This document shows, piece by piece, positions 50,601-62,728 of a stretch of DNA of 64,000 nucleotides. Every line of letters starts with the position of its first letter. The stretch's first letter is position 1. A model generated the notes under the pieces. The model was not told the origin of the DNA. It saw nothing but the letters and a program-made list of their open reading frames with translations, and searched no databases. This stretch comes from a virus. Taxonomy: Duplodnaviria > Heunggongvirae > Uroviricota > Caudoviricetes. The stretch lies in the IMG/VR virus record IMGVR_UViG_3300043467_001216. One strand, 5' to 3'. The position numbers were made by a program, and so were the translations under genes.

Positions 50601-53600
50601 CAACCAAAACTGTAACACCGACTAACACTCGTACACAAACACCGACTAACACTCGTACACAAACATCAACTAACACATCAACACCAACCAAAACAGTCAC
50701 ACCAACAAATACTATCACATCAACACCAACTAACACCCAAACACCAACAAACACAATAACACAAACACCAACTAACACTGTAACACAAACTAACACATCA
50801 ACACCAACTAACACTATTACCCAAACCCCAACAAATACCATTACCCAAACCCCAACAAATACTATCACTCAGACACCTACACAAACTAAAACCCAAACAC
50901 AGACAAGAACACAAACTCCAACTAACACTGTTACACCAACAAATACTAGAACACAGACTCCAACCAACACAATTACACAGACACCAACCAAAACTCAGAC
51001 ACAGACTCCAACAAATACTAGAACACAGACTCCAACAAATACTAGAACACAGACACCAACCAACACAATTACACAGACACCAACCAACACAATTACACAA
51101 ACTCAAACAATTACTCAAACACCAACTAACACTCAAACTCAGACTCCAACAAACACACCAACCAACACAAATACGTCAACGGTAACAAGAACTTCAAATG
51201 TTACCCAAACACCAACCAAAAGTCCAGGTGCAACACCCGCCTCAACTCAAACCCAAACACCAACAAATACGATAACCCCAACAAATACGATAACCCCAAC
51301 AAATACACCGACAAGAACTGTTACACCAACAAATACTAGAACTCAAACACCAACAAATACTAGAACTCAAACACCAACAAATACTATTACTCAAACACCA
51401 ACAAATACTAGAACACAAACACCAACAAATACTAGAACACAAACACCAACAAACACAATCACACAAACCCCAACAAACACAATCACACAAACACCGACTA
51501 ACACAGTTACACCAACAAACACAGTTACACCAACAAACACAATTACACAAACCCCAACAAATACTAACACTCAAACACCAACCAAAACTTCCACACCAAC
51601 AAACACAATTACTTCAACACAAACACAAACAAGAACTCAAACCCCAACTAACACTAATACGCCAACAAATACTCGTACACAAACACCAACTAACACAATT
51701 ACACAAACACCAACAAGAACACAAACACCAACAAATACAATTACACAAACCCCAACAAAAACCATTACTCAAACACCTACTAATACAATAACACAAACAC
51801 AAACTCCTACTAACACTATTACACAAACACCTACTAATACAAGAACACAAACACCAACAAAAACAGTTACCCCAACAAAAACAGTTACCCCAACTAATAC
51901 AATAACCCAAACACCGACTAACACAAGAACTCAAACAAACACACCAACACAAACCCCAACTAACACAAGAACTCAAACAAACACACCAACACCTACAACG
52001 ACACAAACCCCAACCCCAACAAATGCTTGTTATCCAGGAGCTGATTATATTGTTTTGGTTTATAATTTCCCTCCGGGGTCAGGTTTTGGTTTAAATACTG
52101 AGACAACATTAATAAACCCATTAACCCAAGGTCCTTTAGGTTATTGTGTTACAGGTTCTCAACCTTCAGGTATTTATGGTGGTCCATATTTATTTTGGGG
52201 TGGTGATAATACTAACTCACAAGGTTCTGAGTCAATTTATGTTAGCGTTACTTCTTTAAAAACAGCATACCCCACACTATCATCAATACAATTAACCTCT
52301 AAAGCAAATTGGTTAACATCATTCACTACAGGAGCGTTAAACATTACTATGTACGCTTATTCTGGAGGTACTATGATTAGTAACACCAATTTTGGTTTCA
52401 TAAATGTTGGTGGTGTTTTATTAGCTCAAAGAAATTTCCCACAATCAACAATCACAGGTTTAAACTGTCCTAATAATCAGTGCGTTGGAACATTCACATA
52501 TGACATTTCCAGCGGATGTTTTAGTAAAATACCTTGTATTGAACCAACGTCAACCCCTACCCAAACATCAACTCCAACTAACACTCAAACACAAACTAAC
52601 ACACAAACTAATACCCCAACTAATACCACAACTCAAACCCAAACCCCAACAAACACAAGAACACAAACCCAAACCCCAACAAACACAAGAACACAAACAC
52701 AAACACCGACTAACACAAGAACACAAACACCGACTAACACAAGAACACAAACACCAACTAAAACTGTAACGCCAACAAATACTATAACTAATACTAGTAC
52801 ACCAACAAATACTATCACACAAACACCTACTAATACAAAAACCCCAACTAATACTATAACTAAAACTAACACTAGTACACCAACAAATACTATTACTCAA
52901 ACCCCAACAAACACTAACACACAAACCCCAACAAACACAAGAACACAAACACAAACCCCAACAAATACAAGAACACAAACACAAACCCCAACAAATACAA
53001 GAACACAAACCCCAACAAATACAAGAACACAAACCCCAACAAATACAAGAACACAAACTTCAACTAATACACCTACACAAACTAAAACCCAAACACAAAC
53101 TCCAACAACACCTTATTCAATCTTTAAAGTTTCAAGTTGTTGTTTTTCATCTCCGGTTACTTACTATATGTCGTTACCAACTATATTTCAACCTATCATA
53201 GGACCTCCTGGTGGTAATAGTTACTCATATTCAGTTGTTGACACAACCGGTCAGTGTTTTGTTGTTAATGAATTAATAACTTCACCATTACCCCCTAACA
53301 AATTTTGGAATGGTAACTACGGTCAAGTGTATGAGGGTATTAACACCAACCCTTGTATTCAATGTAACACTTTCAATCCGTGTCCAACACCAACTCCAAC
53401 ACCAACAGTAACATCAACACCTACTAACACTGTTACCTCAACAGTAACATCAACACCTACTAACACTGTTACAAATACACCAACTAGAACTGTCACACCA
53501 ACTAGAACTATAACACCAACTAGAACACAAACACCAACAAGAACACAAACACCAACTAACACTATAACACAAACACAAACACCAACAAATACAATAACAA

Positions 53601-56600
53601 GGACAAAAACACCTACTAACACAAATACCCCGACAAGAACTCAAACACCAACCAATACCCCAACAAGAACAGTCACACCAACAAATACAATAACAAGGAC
53701 AAAAACACCTACTAACACAAATACCCCGACAAGAACTCAAACACCAACCAATACCCCAACAAGAACAGTCACACCAACAAGAACAGTCACACCAACAAAC
53801 ACAATAACAAGAACAGTTACACCAACCAATACAATAACAAGGACCCAAACACCAACTAACACAAGAACACAAACGCCAACAAACACAATTACAAGAACAC
53901 AAACGCCAACAAATACAATTACAAGAACTAAAACTCCAACAAATACATCAACACCATCACCAACACCACCAATAGAATGTCATTGTTTTAACGCCACAAA
54001 TACACCTTCAGGTATAATAATACCGTCTTTAGGTAACGCCTCACCTTACCCAATAACGTTTAACGTATCTGGTTTAGATTCACCTGTAACTAGAATTGAA
54101 GTTAGAATTAGTGGTTACTCACACGCAGACTCTAGTGATGTCGCAATGATTTTAAAATCACCAAACGGTAACACCGCTTTGTTAACAGGTAGACAAGGAA
54201 CATCAATCCAACCTGTTAATAATGTTAATACAATTTTAACTGACTATTCACCAACATTATGGGATGGTTATAGTTCAGGTACTTACACTAACGACACTTA
54301 CGTGTATAAATCAATTGCGTGGAACACCTCAGGTTTACCTGATTATACCGCAACTCAAAATGGTAATAGTTTAACAACATTTATCGGAACCTCAGCTGCT
54401 AACGCAAATGGTACTTGGGAATTATATATTCAAGATTTTGGTATAAATGGGGGTGGTAATATTTTAGGTATCATTATATGTATTTGTGATTATACTATCC
54501 TACCATCTCAAACCCCAACTCAAACCCCAACACCAACTAATACCATTACAAGAACTCAAACACCAACAAATACAATTACAAGAACTCAAACTCCAACAAA
54601 TACAATTACAAGGACTCAAACGCCAACAAATACAATTACAAGAACTCAAACGCCAACAAATACTTCAACACCAACTAACACACCAACAAGAACGGTTACA
54701 CCAACTAATACAATTACAAGAACTCAAACCCCAACAAATACAAGAACTCAAACCCCAACAAATACACCAACAAGAACTCAAACCCCAACAAATACTCGTA
54801 CCCAAACTCCAACAAGAACACAAACCCCAACAAACACAATAACAAGAACACAAACACAAACTCCAACAAGAACACAAACCCCAACAAACACAATAACAAG
54901 AACACAAACTCCAACAATTACACAACCACCATTAATTTGTTTCACAGTTTCAACAGGTTTTGTAACTTGGACTTCTAACGTAAGTTCTTTAGGATTTTTT
55001 AATGGTTACCCTTATTATCCAATTTATGACTCAAATTCAATTTTAATAGGGTATGTTTACCTCTCACCAGGTGCGGAGGAATGGTTTTTCTCCTCATTAT
55101 TAAACGGTGGTGAAACCTATTCAGTTCTTACAGGTGGTATCGGAACACCACAATACCCAATAAATAACACTCCTTTTTTATGGACTGTTGAGGGGGGTAT
55201 TTATTATATTACTCAGTCAACATTAGGTGTTTGTCCGACACCAACACCAACACCTACAAATACCACAACACCTACAAATACCACAACTAAAACCCAAACA
55301 CCAACAAGAACTCAAACCCGAACCCAAACACCAACAAGAACCCAAACCCAAACACCAACAAGAACCCAAACCCAAACACCAACAACCCCATATTCATTAT
55401 TTCAAATTCAAAGTTGTTGTAATTCATCATTACATTTAATGTCATTACCAACAATTTACACACCATATTATGACAACCAACAATTTTTAACAATAACTTG
55501 GTCAGTTATTGCAACCGATGGTCTTTGTTATAAAATACTTGGAGTGTCAACTGGCACACCAAATAAGATATGGAATAACGCCACACCAACACAAAATCTA
55601 CCTTGGGCTCCTGACCCTTGTACATTATGTGTACCATCAAATGTTTGTCCAACATTAACACCAACACAAACACCAACACAAACACCAACTAAAACCCCAA
55701 CACCAACAAATACAATAACAAGAACTCAAACCCCAACAAATACAATAACAAGAACTCAAACCCCAACAAGAACGGTTACACCAACAAATACAATAACAAG
55801 AACTCAAACCCCAAGTGTAACAAAAACCCCAACAAACACAATAACAAGAACTCAAACACCAACAAGAACGGTTACACCAACTAACACAATAACAAGAACT
55901 CAAACACCAACCCCAACAAAAACACCTACAAGAACACAAACCCCAAGTGTAACAAAAACCCCAACAAACACAATAACAAGAACACAAACAAAAACCCCAA
56001 CTAGAACCCAAACACCAACAAACACAAGAACACAAACGCCAACTAGAACTCAAACACAAACCCCAACAACACCATACACATTATTCAACGTTATTAGTTG
56101 TTGTGATTTGGTAACTCTTCACAAAATGTTACTACCAACAATTTACACACCAAGTCAATTCCCGTATTTTACTTATGTAGTTAAAGATACATTAGGACAA
56201 TGTTATCAAATTTTTGAATCAACGACAGGTGTTGCAAATAAAATATGGAATGGTGCACAACCCGCTTATGACCCAATTGGTGAACAATGCGGTATCTGTT
56301 TACAAACAAATCCTTGTCCGACACAAACACCAACACAGACAAGAACACAAACCCCAACAAAAACACCTACAAGAACACAAACCCCAAGTGTGACAAAAAC
56401 ACCTACACAAACGCCAAGTGTGACAAAAACCGCAACAAATACACCAAGTGTAACAAAAACACCTACAAGAACACAAACACCAACAAAAACGCTAACTCAA
56501 ACACCAACAAAAACACCAGTACCTCGTCTATGTTCTATGAGTGGTTATGTTTATGAAATATCTTGTTCTTCATTATATTGTGTTGTACCTTGTTGTAGTT

Positions 56601-59011
56601 TAAATCGTGTTTATCCTGAGTCAAATTGTGTTTTACCTTCAACCTGTAATGACCCATCATATATGGTCAGTATACCAAATATTGATATAAACTTTTTAGA
56701 TGACAGTTTCTTTCAGATTACTACCTCAGACCTTGAATGTTTTGATTGTGATAGTAATTGGACTGACGTTGATGAGAACATCGCCATTAACAGAAATGAA
56801 TTTTTACAAAAGTATCTTCAAAATTTAGATTATAGATATAATGGTTGGACTACAGATGTTAACTCATTAACTTCTTATTACCAATTTTTTGGTAGTAATA
56901 GTTCCAAATTTTCCAGAACTAAACTTAGATTAGTTAATTATAAGTGGTATAGACCGTTAAATTATTATGAATCTTGGACCACACCAACTTTTTGTACAAC
57001 ATCACTATCAACAATATTTGGACCAATAACAGGTTTTACTTATTTACCACCAATTAACAACATATCATTAGCACCAACACCTAGTGTTAATGGTCGTTTA
57101 ATTGTAACAACAGGAGCAACACAATCAACTTATTTTTGGAATCCAACAACTAATACTTGGACTGACATTAACAATACTAGTTGTGTTGCACAAAGTATAA
57201 ACCAATTATTACTTGTTATGAACCAAATTAGGAATATATCAAGTAGTAAAAAAAGCACATTATTATTAGGAAATTCCGTTTTTACCAAAATAGGATTATA
57301 TTTACCAGCATTTCAATTTTTTAAATATAGAAATTATACATTACCATCAGGTCCATTAAGTTTAAGTGAGACCGAAAACATTGTTACAGAACCAATAATT
57401 GAACAAATAACCGAACCATTACAAATAAGTTGTTTAGCCAATAGTTATGTTATGGTATTACCTGAATCATTACCAAGCAATACGGTTGTTAAAGATAATA
57501 ATGGTTTATGTTATAGAACAATACAAGAAAACCCGATAAATAGCCCTTACATAGGACCAATGTTATATCAAAGTGGTTCTACAACATTTGTTGATTGTCA
57601 AAACTGTAGTAACTCAATTACAGTTCAAATATTAGCACAAACTGATTTACCTTTATACGCCAATTGTGACATAGTTACCTCAACAAGTATGGTATATCGT
57701 GTTAATAACGGACCTTGGGTTACTTTATCTTCAGTAGTTGACGCTACCGGTACGACATACACAGTCTTAAATTCTATAACAGTTGGTGTAGGTGTTACTA
57801 TTGATGTCTATTTTCCAGGAATCAAATGGGGTGTCGGATATTTATCAGGTGATTATACATCAAGATGTGATAACCAATATTACACATATTCAGTTTCTAG
57901 CTTAGCTAATGGTGTGATATATTTTAATTTAAAAAGTCAGGTAACAGTACTACCTGTACCGCCATTTATTCAATATCAATGTGGATTTGAACCTTGCCCC
58001 TCATTTACAATTCCCAATCCTTGGAGATGGACATGGTATGATTCATTTACCGAAGATAATATCTTCACAATGTCAGAATCACCTGGTGTTTGGAATGGTA
58101 GAAGATATTATGAAGTACCTAATAATAATTATACTTCAACAGTTTCTTATGTTTGGTATGATACCCCAACAACAAATTGGTATAATTCATCTGTGTTAGG
58201 TTCAGGTACTTTATATTCTTATTTAGAGAGTTCATCGCCTACACAACCAATCAGTGGACCATTTAATCAATGGGTTGATTTATCAAGTGGACCATATATT
58301 ATGATTAGTTCAGAACCTCAATACCCAATTGAAGTGTCGGGTCTTGTAGTATGGTTAGATGCTGGTTCTGATTTATCTTGGCCTAGTTTGGGAACTGCGT
58401 GGAACGATATTACGGATAATAATAATAACTCAACATTTTACCAATCATTAGTACCAACAAATGCCGCAACGGTTTTTTCATCAGATAAAATGGGTAATTT
58501 TAGTTTTAATGGTAGTAATCAAAAATTCGCAATTCCTAACACATCAACATTATCAGCAATTACTAACACAGTATCAGTTGAGGTTTGGTTGAAACCAACA
58601 TTATTTGCCAATCGAGAAATTTTCAGTAAAGGTAGTAATGATGGGATAAGAATGAGAATTGACCCAACAGGTCACTTATGGATGTTGGGAGCAAATGCAC
58701 CTGGAATTGGTTTTGGCACATACACAAGTACAGGAACAACAACATTAAACCAATGGAATCAAGTTGTTGGTGTATGGACATCAACAGGTTTCTACACATA
58801 TATTAACGGTGTTGATTCAGGATATGATTTAAACTTGTCATTATTAATACAAGACTATAACTTACCACTTGATATTGGTTGTTTTACAGGTGACAATTCT
58901 AACTTCCACTATCAAGGTTATATGTCAATATTTAGAATATATAATAGAGCGTTAACTTCCGATGAGGTATTGTCTAATTTTAACAGTCAAAAAGATAGAT
59001 TTGGTTTATAA
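47624..59011 (+). CDS. Giant 3,795-aa mucin-like Thr/Pro-repeat protein with interspersed Cys-rich modules, a proprotein-convertase P-like domain and a C-terminal LamG
   Basis: Single open frame with about 1,800 aa of T-x-T-x repeats. Six SCC..C..CxxC modules; P-domain-like [27 protein letters not shown] (about 53975-54490); Lam[32 protein letters not shown]. Confidence 0.85.
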   Translation: MSVIYITSLTGHSPYDITICDLTRTYCEVVLTGVVSVPPVLEIPAFEPIEGEPLSEVLVIVTDSTGCEEFLYLSCEPTPTPTPTNTVTPTVTPTPNKCKCYTIINPTNDPLPFQITLCDGNTLITDIDGDTTLYYCGYDVVVESPVYILTPKFGCDVNGCPEPYPTSTPTPTVTPTLPPVIGNFRSCCDSSYEFRISNIPGSYSPLNGTYFISNTNFEGCAQYIGSTTSPIIFQHQFMGQSTNCYDCQIENPSYLCLTPTPTPTVTTTNTVTPTVTPTNTETPTQTPTNTNTQTPTVTETPTQTPTVTETPTQTPTVTETPTQTVTPTVTETPTQTITQTVTPTNTITRTQTPTNTRTQTPTNTRTQTPTNTNTQTKTQTPTNTNTQTPTNTETPTNTPTNTNTPTNTITPTNTRTQTQTPTNTITQTQTPTNTRTQTPTNTRTQTPTNTITSTQTPTNTITSTNTPTNTRTQTPTKTQTQTPTNTRTQTPTNTITQTPTNTRTQTPTNTRTQTPTKTQTPTNTITQTKTQTPTNTITQTQTPTNTITQTPTNTNTQTPTNTQTPTNTNTQTPTNTITQTPTNTITQTNTQTQTRTQTPTNTNTSTPTNTITQTQTRTQTPTNTRTQTPTNTITRTQTRTQTPTNTPTKTQTPTVTITPTNTRTQTQTPTNTITQTPTNTTTNTPTTTQTPTPTTPYDLFIVESCCNNTTGFMELPISFTPTFFPSFSSFVVSDTNGFCYKIISSGPGGETPDLFWNGNYNDVYVDTGNGCVNCILVHPCPTATPTPTRTQTPTNTKTPTNTKTPTQTPTNTKTQTQTPTNTRTQTPTNTRTQTPTPTLPPLICFRYTNNITSGQILYNTTAGGFIYGKPYYGIIDSFTVIGYVWFDPTLQIWKYSESIGSGIIFSILNLDSEYPVSNSLHNWTGSFDGNSMLSSNIGICSTPTPTPTNTKTPTNTQTQTPTNTQTQTPTNTPTNTQTNTQTNTPTNTITQTPTKTVTPTNTRTQTPTNTRTQTSTNTSTPTKTVTPTNTITSTPTNTQTPTNTITQTPTNTVTQTNTSTPTNTITQTPTNTITQTPTNTITQTPTQTKTQTQTRTQTPTNTVTPTNTRTQTPTNTITQTPTKTQTQTPTNTRTQTPTNTRTQTPTNTITQTPTNTITQTQTITQTPTNTQTQTPTNTPTNTNTSTVTRTSNVTQTPTKSPGATPASTQTQTPTNTITPTNTITPTNTPTRTVTPTNTRTQTPTNTRTQTPTNTITQTPTNTRTQTPTNTRTQTPTNTITQTPTNTITQTPTNTVTPTNTVTPTNTITQTPTNTNTQTPTKTSTPTNTITSTQTQTRTQTPTNTNTPTNTRTQTPTNTITQTPTRTQTPTNTITQTPTKTITQTPTNTITQTQTPTNTITQTPTNTRTQTPTKTVTPTKTVTPTNTITQTPTNTRTQTNTPTQTPTNTRTQTNTPTPTTTQTPTPTNACYPGADYIVLVYNFPPGSGFGLNTETTLINPLTQGPLGYCVTGSQPSGIYGGPYLFWGGDNTNSQGSESIYVSVTSLKTAYPTLSSIQLTSKANWLTSFTTGALNITMYAYSGGTMISNTNFGFINVGGVLLAQRNFPQSTITGLNCPNNQCVGTFTYDISSGCFSKIPCIEPTSTPTQTSTPTNTQTQTNTQTNTPTNTTTQTQTPTNTRTQTQTPTNTRTQTQTPTNTRTQTPTNTRTQTPTKTVTPTNTITNTSTPTNTITQTPTNTKTPTNTITKTNTSTPTNTITQTPTNTNTQTPTNTRTQTQTPTNTRTQTQTPTNTRTQTPTNTRTQTPTNTRTQTSTNTPTQTKTQTQTPTTPYSIFKVSSCCFSSPVTYYMSLPTIFQPIIGPPGGNSYSYSVVDTTGQCFVVNELITSPLPPNKFWNGNYGQVYEGINTNPCIQCNTFNPCPTPTPTPTVTSTPTNTVTSTVTSTPTNTVTNTPTRTVTPTRTITPTRTQTPTRTQTPTNTITQTQTPTNTITRTKTPTNTNTPTRTQTPTNTPTRTVTPTNTITRTKTPTNTNTPTRTQTPTNTPTRTVTPTRTVTPTNTITRTVTPTNTITRTQTPTNTRTQTPTNTITRTQTPTNTITRTKTPTNTSTPSPTPPIECHCFNATNTPSGIIIPSLGNASPYPITFNVSGLDSPVTRIEVRISGYSHADSSDVAMILKSPNGNTALLTGRQGTSIQPVNNVNTILTDYSPTLWDGYSSGTYTNDTYVYKSIAWNTSGLPDYTATQNGNSLTTFIGTSAANANGTWELYIQDFGINGGGNILGIIICICDYTILPSQTPTQTPTPTNTITRTQTPTNTITRTQTPTNTITRTQTPTNTITRTQTPTNTSTPTNTPTRTVTPTNTITRTQTPTNTRTQTPTNTPTRTQTPTNTRTQTPTRTQTPTNTITRTQTQTPTRTQTPTNTITRTQTPTITQPPLICFTVSTGFVTWTSNVSSLGFFNGYPYYPIYDSNSILIGYVYLSPGAEEWFFSSLLNGGETYSVLTGGIGTPQYPINNTPFLWTVEGGIYYITQSTLGVCPTPTPTPTNTTTPTNTTTKTQTPTRTQTRTQTPTRTQTQTPTRTQTQTPTTPYSLFQIQSCCNSSLHLMSLPTIYTPYYDNQQFLTITWSVIATDGLCYKILGVSTGTPNKIWNNATPTQNLPWAPDPCTLCVPSNVCPTLTPTQTPTQTPTKTPTPTNTITRTQTPTNTITRTQTPTRTVTPTNTITRTQTPSVTKTPTNTITRTQTPTRTVTPTNTITRTQTPTPTKTPTRTQTPSVTKTPTNTITRTQTKTPTRTQTPTNTRTQTPTRTQTQTPTTPYTLFNVISCCDLVTLHKMLLPTIYTPSQFPYFTYVVKDTLGQCYQIFESTTGVANKIWNGAQPAYDPIGEQCGICLQTNPCPTQTPTQTRTQTPTKTPTRTQTPSVTKTPTQTPSVTKTATNTPSVTKTPTRTQTPTKTLTQTPTKTPVPRLCSMSGYVYEISCSSLYCVVPCCSLNRVYPESNCVLPSTCNDPSYMVSIPNIDINFLDDSFFQITTSDLECFDCDSNWTDVDENIAINRNEFLQKYLQNLDYRYNGWTTDVNSLTSYYQFFGSNSSKFSRTKLRLVNYKWYRPLNYYESWTTPTFCTTSLSTIFGPITGFTYLPPINNISLAPTPSVNGRLIVTTGATQSTYFWNPTTNTWTDINNTSCVAQSINQLLLVMNQIRNISSSKKSTLLLGNSVFTKIGLYLPAFQFFKYRNYTLPSGPLSLSETENIVTEPIIEQITEPLQISCLANSYVMVLPESLPSNTVVKDNNGLCYRTIQENPINSPYIGPMLYQSGSTTFVDCQNCSNSITVQILAQTDLPLYANCDIVTSTSMVYRVNNGPWVTLSSVVDATGTTYTVLNSITVGVGVTIDVYFPGIKWGVGYLSGDYTSRCDNQYYTYSVSSLANGVIYFNLKSQVTVLPVPPFIQYQCGFEPCPSFTIPNPWRWTWYDSFTEDNIFTMSESPGVWNGRRYYEVPNNNYTSTVSYVWYDTPTTNWYNSSVLGSGTLYSYLESSSPTQPISGPFNQWVDLSSGPYIMISSEPQYPIEVSGLVVWLDAGSDLSWPSLGTAWNDITDNNNNSTFYQSLVPTNAATVFSSDKMGNFSFNGSNQKFAIPNTSTLSAITNTVSVEVWLKPTLFANREIFSKGSNDGIRMRIDPTGHLWMLGANAPGIGFGTYTSTGTTTLNQWNQVVGVWTSTGFYTYINGVDSGYDLNLSLLIQDYNLPLDIGCFTGDNSNFHYQGYMSIFRIYNRALTSDEVLSNFNSQKDRFGL
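48395..56520 (+). repeat. Degenerate 18/24-nt coding tandem repeats (TPTNTI / TQTPTNTR) in about nine blocks
   Basis: A/C-rich, G-poor acaccaacaaatac units; largest blocks about 48395-49710 and 50446-52022. Confidence 0.95.
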
Positions 59012-59063
59012 TTAAATCTTTATTTATATAATAATAAACTTATTTTTTAAAAAAAAATGAAGT

Positions 59064-60311
59064 ATGAAAATTTTTGTGCAAATTGCATCGTATAGAGACC
59101 CTGAATTGGAGAACACAATTAAAAGCATGATTGAGAATGCTAAAAAACCTAACAATCTTAGAATTGGTGTTTGTAGACAATACCACCCTGAAGATGGTTT
59201 TGATACCTTAAATGAATTTAGAAAAGATAAAAAATTTAGAATATTAGATGTTTTATATAACGAATCTAAAGGTGTTTGTTGGGCTAGAAATCAAGTACAA
59301 CAATTATATGGTGGTGAGGAATACACACTTCAGATAGATTCACATATGAGATTTGAAAAAAATTGGGATGATGAATTTATTAAAATGGTTAAACAATTAC
59401 AGAAAAAAGGATTTAAAAAACCTTTATTAACGGGGTATGTATCATCATTTAACCCTGAAAATGACCCGGCTGAAAGAATTAAAGAACCTTGGAGAATGGT
59501 GTTTGACCGTTTTATCCCCGAAGGTGCGGTATTCTTTTTACCTGAAACAATACCAGGTTGGGAACAATTAAAAGAACCTGTAACATCAAGATTTTACTCA
59601 GCTCACTTTGCCTTTACTGTAGGTCAATTTAGTACTGAGGTACAACACGACCCTGAATTTTATTTTCACGGAGAAGAGATTTCAATCGCCGCTAGAGCTT
59701 ATACTCACGGATATGATTTGTTCCACCCACATAAAACATTGATTTGGCACGAATACACAAGAAAAGGTAGAACAAAACAATGGGATGATGATAAAGAATG
59801 GGTAATGAGAAATAATGTGTCACATAGTAAAAACAGAAAATTGTTTGGTATGGATGGCGAATTATCTGATGTTGATTTTGGTATTTACGGTTTTGGTACT
59901 GAGAGAACACTTAAAGAATATGAAATTTACTCAGGTTTAAGATTTTCAAGACGTGCGGTTCAACAATACACGTTAGATAAAAACTACCCACCAAATCCAT
60001 TTATATTTGAAACCGAAGAGGAATGGGAAGATAGTTTTGCTACAATATTTAAACATTGTATTGATGTTGGTTATGACTCAGTACCTGAAACAGATTATGA
60101 ATTTTGGGTAGTTGCTTTCCACGATGAAAATGATGAAACAATTCATAGACAAGATGCTGATATTAACGAAATTAATCGTATGAAAAATGACCCTGACGGA
60201 TATTGTAAAGTATGGAGAGAATTTCAAACAACACATAAACCAAAGTATTGGGTTGTTTGGCCGTACTCGACATCTAAAGGATGGGGTGATAGATTAACAG
60301 GTAGTTTATAA
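59064..60311 (+). CDS. GT60-like polypeptide/hydroxyproline alpha-GlcNAc-transferase (Skp1 Gnt1 / 'GlcNAc' family)
   Basis: IFVQIASYRDPEL, GVCWAR, YTLQIDSHMRF..NWD, FHGEEISIAARAYTHGYDLFHP...WHEY. Confidence 0.85.
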   Translation: MKIFVQIASYRDPELENTIKSMIENAKKPNNLRIGVCRQYHPEDGFDTLNEFRKDKKFRILDVLYNESKGVCWARNQVQQLYGGEEYTLQIDSHMRFEKNWDDEFIKMVKQLQKKGFKKPLLTGYVSSFNPENDPAERIKEPWRMVFDRFIPEGAVFFLPETIPGWEQLKEPVTSRFYSAHFAFTVGQFSTEVQHDPEFYFHGEEISIAARAYTHGYDLFHPHKTLIWHEYTRKGRTKQWDDDKEWVMRNNVSHSKNRKLFGMDGELSDVDFGIYGFGTERTLKEYEIYSGLRFSRRAVQQYTLDKNYPPNPFIFETEEEWEDSFATIFKHCIDVGYDSVPETDYEFWVVAFHDENDETIHRQDADINEINRMKNDPDGYCKVWREFQTTHKPKYWVVWPYSTSKGWGDRLTGSL

Positions 60312-60325
60312 AAATATTAAATAAA

Positions 60326-61105
60326 GTGAATGTTATAGCATCAAAAATATTTGGAGGTCTAGGTAACACAATGTTTCAAATAGCAACAGGATATTCAAAA
60401 TCATTAGATGAAAATTCTGATTTTATTGTTGATATTACGGAACTTTATAATAATCATCACCCGATATCCAAATATGTTAACAATATCTTCCAAAGAATAA
60501 AATTATCATATAACAAAATACATTATGATGTATATAATGTTCCACATTTTCATTATTGTGAATTACCTAATTTTGATAGAAACATTAAATTATCAGGATA
60601 TTTCCAAAGTGATAAATATTTTAAGAAAAACCGAGAAAAAATATTAGAGATTTTCGAGTGTAATAACGAAATTAAAGAAAAATTGTTAATTAAATATAAT
60701 GATATTTTAAAAACTAAAACTTGTTCAGTTCATATTCGAAGAGGTGATTATCTTCATTTAAATAATTACCACCCTGTTTTATCTTTTGATTTTTATGAAG
60801 AATCTTATAATATTATTGGTGAGGATTCGACATATCTTATATTTTCAGATGATATTGAATTTTGTAAAACCAACTTTGACTTCATTAAAAATAAAATTTA
60901 TATTGAAGGTTTAGAAGATTATGAAGAATTATACTTAATGTCATTTTGTGATAACAATGTAATTGCTAATAGTAGTTTTAGTTGGTGGGGTGCTTGGTTA
61001 AATAAAAAAGAAAATATCGTTATCTCCCCCCGTAAATGGTTTGGTCCGTCTTATAGTTCATACATAACAGACGACCTTTATCCTGATAATTGGTTAATAA
61101 TATAA
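60326..61105 (+). CDS. GT11 alpha-1,2-fucosyltransferase
   Basis: GGLGNTMFQ, GYFQSDKYF, VHIRRGDY, IFSDDI, IANSSFSWWGAWL. Confidence 0.92.
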   Translation: MNVIASKIFGGLGNTMFQIATGYSKSLDENSDFIVDITELYNNHHPISKYVNNIFQRIKLSYNKIHYDVYNVPHFHYCELPNFDRNIKLSGYFQSDKYFKKNREKILEIFECNNEIKEKLLIKYNDILKTKTCSVHIRRGDYLHLNNYHPVLSFDFYEESYNIIGEDSTYLIFSDDIEFCKTNFDFIKNKIYIEGLEDYEELYLMSFCDNNVIANSSFSWWGAWLNKKENIVISPRKWFGPSYSSYITDDLYPDNWLII

Positions 61106-61118
61106 AAACACACATAAT

Positions 61119-61853
61119 ATGAACTTAAATGAAATACCAAAATTTGTCCTAAACTTAGAAAAAAGAACCGATAGATTAGAACATATTAAACAGGAAATGT
61201 CGTACATTGGGTGGGACTATGAATTATTTAAAGCGATTGACACAGGGTGTCATGTAGGATGTACATTATCTCATGTTGCCATTATTGATTTAGCGATTGA
61301 AAGAGATTATGAATACGTTATGGTAATTGAAGATGATTGCTCATTTTTACCTAACGCTAAATCATTTATAAAACAATTAAATGTTGTTTTAGAAAATACC
61401 GAATTTGGGATTCTAAATTTATCCCCAACACATAATCGACCTGTTGAAATTAGTGTGAAAGATAAAATGTTAATAGATATTACTAATTATCCACCAAAAG
61501 AAGAAATACATAGGGGTGTTTATGCGACAAATATGATTGTATATCATAAATCAATATATGAGAATGTTAAGGGAATTATAACTGAAAATTTACATGGTTA
61601 TTACCCAATTGATGAGTATATTTATCTTAAAGTATTACCAATCAAACAAAGTTATTGCCCAATATTACCAATAGCCCCTCAAAAAAGTGATTTCTCAGAT
61701 GTTACCCAAGGTAATTATAGTAATTTTTATCTACAAACATACAATTGGAACTTATATTCCCCATATAAAATAGATTCAGAATTTTTAAATTACGAATCTA
61801 ATCAACAAATAAAAAAGAATAATATACATAAAGAATTTAATTATGTCAGTTAA
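61119..61853 (+). CDS. GT25-family glycosyltransferase
   Basis: VLNLEKRTDR, GCTLSH, VIEDD, PIDEY. Confidence 0.85.
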   Translation: MNLNEIPKFVLNLEKRTDRLEHIKQEMSYIGWDYELFKAIDTGCHVGCTLSHVAIIDLAIERDYEYVMVIEDDCSFLPNAKSFIKQLNVVLENTEFGILNLSPTHNRPVEISVKDKMLIDITNYPPKEEIHRGVYATNMIVYHKSIYENVKGIITENLHGYYPIDEYIYLKVLPIKQSYCPILPIAPQKSDFSDVTQGNYSNFYLQTYNWNLYSPYKIDSEFLNYESNQQIKKNNIHKEFNYVS

Positions 61854-62727
61854 AATTATAACATCAATTTATAGTGATTTATTTAGAACTAAATTTGGTG
61901 GTAGACCAAGTAGAGGTGGCCATTATAGATGGAGTTTATTATCATTATTAAAAATGTCTGATGCCGATTTCATTTGTTACACGTCGGAACGAGAAATTGA
62001 AGGATTAGAAACTTTTTTCTATGTTGAAAACAACGTAGATAGGGATAAATTAAAATTAGTAACATACGATTTAGAAAATCATTATTTTTTAGAATTATTT
62101 AAAAAATACAAAAACTATGATGCGTGTGATAAAAATGGTAGTGATAGATGTATCGAAATCCAATATATGAAATTTATATGGTTTAAAAACGAGGACATGT
62201 CATATGACCATTATTTTTGGTTTGATGCCGGTTTATCTCATTGTGGATTAATACCTAATAAACATTTATCAAAAACAGGAATTCATAATAGTCAATATTA
62301 TTCAAGTGATTTGTTTAATAATAACTTTTTAAGTAATTTAATATCTAAAAGTGAAGATAAATTCACTATTGTTAGTAAAGAAAACGACAGGAATTATTGG
62401 TCGGGTACTGTTAACCCAAAACATTTTATTAATGGTTATGATAGAAGTAGACACGTAATTGGTGGTTTTTTTGGTGGTAAAAAAGAGTTATGGGTTAATG
62501 TGTTAGAATTATTTGAAAAGTATGTTAATGAGGTAACCGAATCGGATAATTACCTATATCACGAAGAAGATATTATGACATTAATGTTTAGAAATCATCC
62601 TGACTTATTTTTAAGTTATGAGTTTGACACTTGGTGGCATGAAGATGAAAGAATTGCCGGTCTTGTGATGGATGAACACTTAAAAATTAATAAAAGTTTT
62701 TATAAAATTTTAGAAGAATTAAATTAA
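61843..62727 (+). CDS. HtrL/YibB-like glycosyltransferase
   Basis: MKFIW, YFWFDAGLSH, VIGGFFGG, HEEDIM. Confidence 0.65.
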   Translation: MSVKIITSIYSDLFRTKFGGRPSRGGHYRWSLLSLLKMSDADFICYTSEREIEGLETFFYVENNVDRDKLKLVTYDLENHYFLELFKKYKNYDACDKNGSDRCIEIQYMKFIWFKNEDMSYDHYFWFDAGLSHCGLIPNKHLSKTGIHNSQYYSSDLFNNNFLSNLISKSEDKFTIVSKENDRNYWSGTVNPKHFINGYDRSRHVIGGFFGGKKELWVNVLELFEKYVNEVTESDNYLYHEEDIMTLMFRNHPDLFLSYEFDTWWHEDERIAGLVMDEHLKINKSFYKILEELN

Positions 62728-62728
62728 T

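Noticed and set aside
47665-56366. Many minus-strand and alternate-frame ORFs rich in V/C/W/G or Q/H/K/L
   Set aside because: Shadow frames of the ACA/CCA/AAC repeat, which lacks stops on the other strand; fully nested in the 3,795-aa gene.
48395-56520. Repeat arrays as a possible CRISPR array or DGR
   Set aside because: Repeats are in-frame, degenerate at third codon positions and have no unique spacers; no cas or reverse transcriptase gene is in the window.
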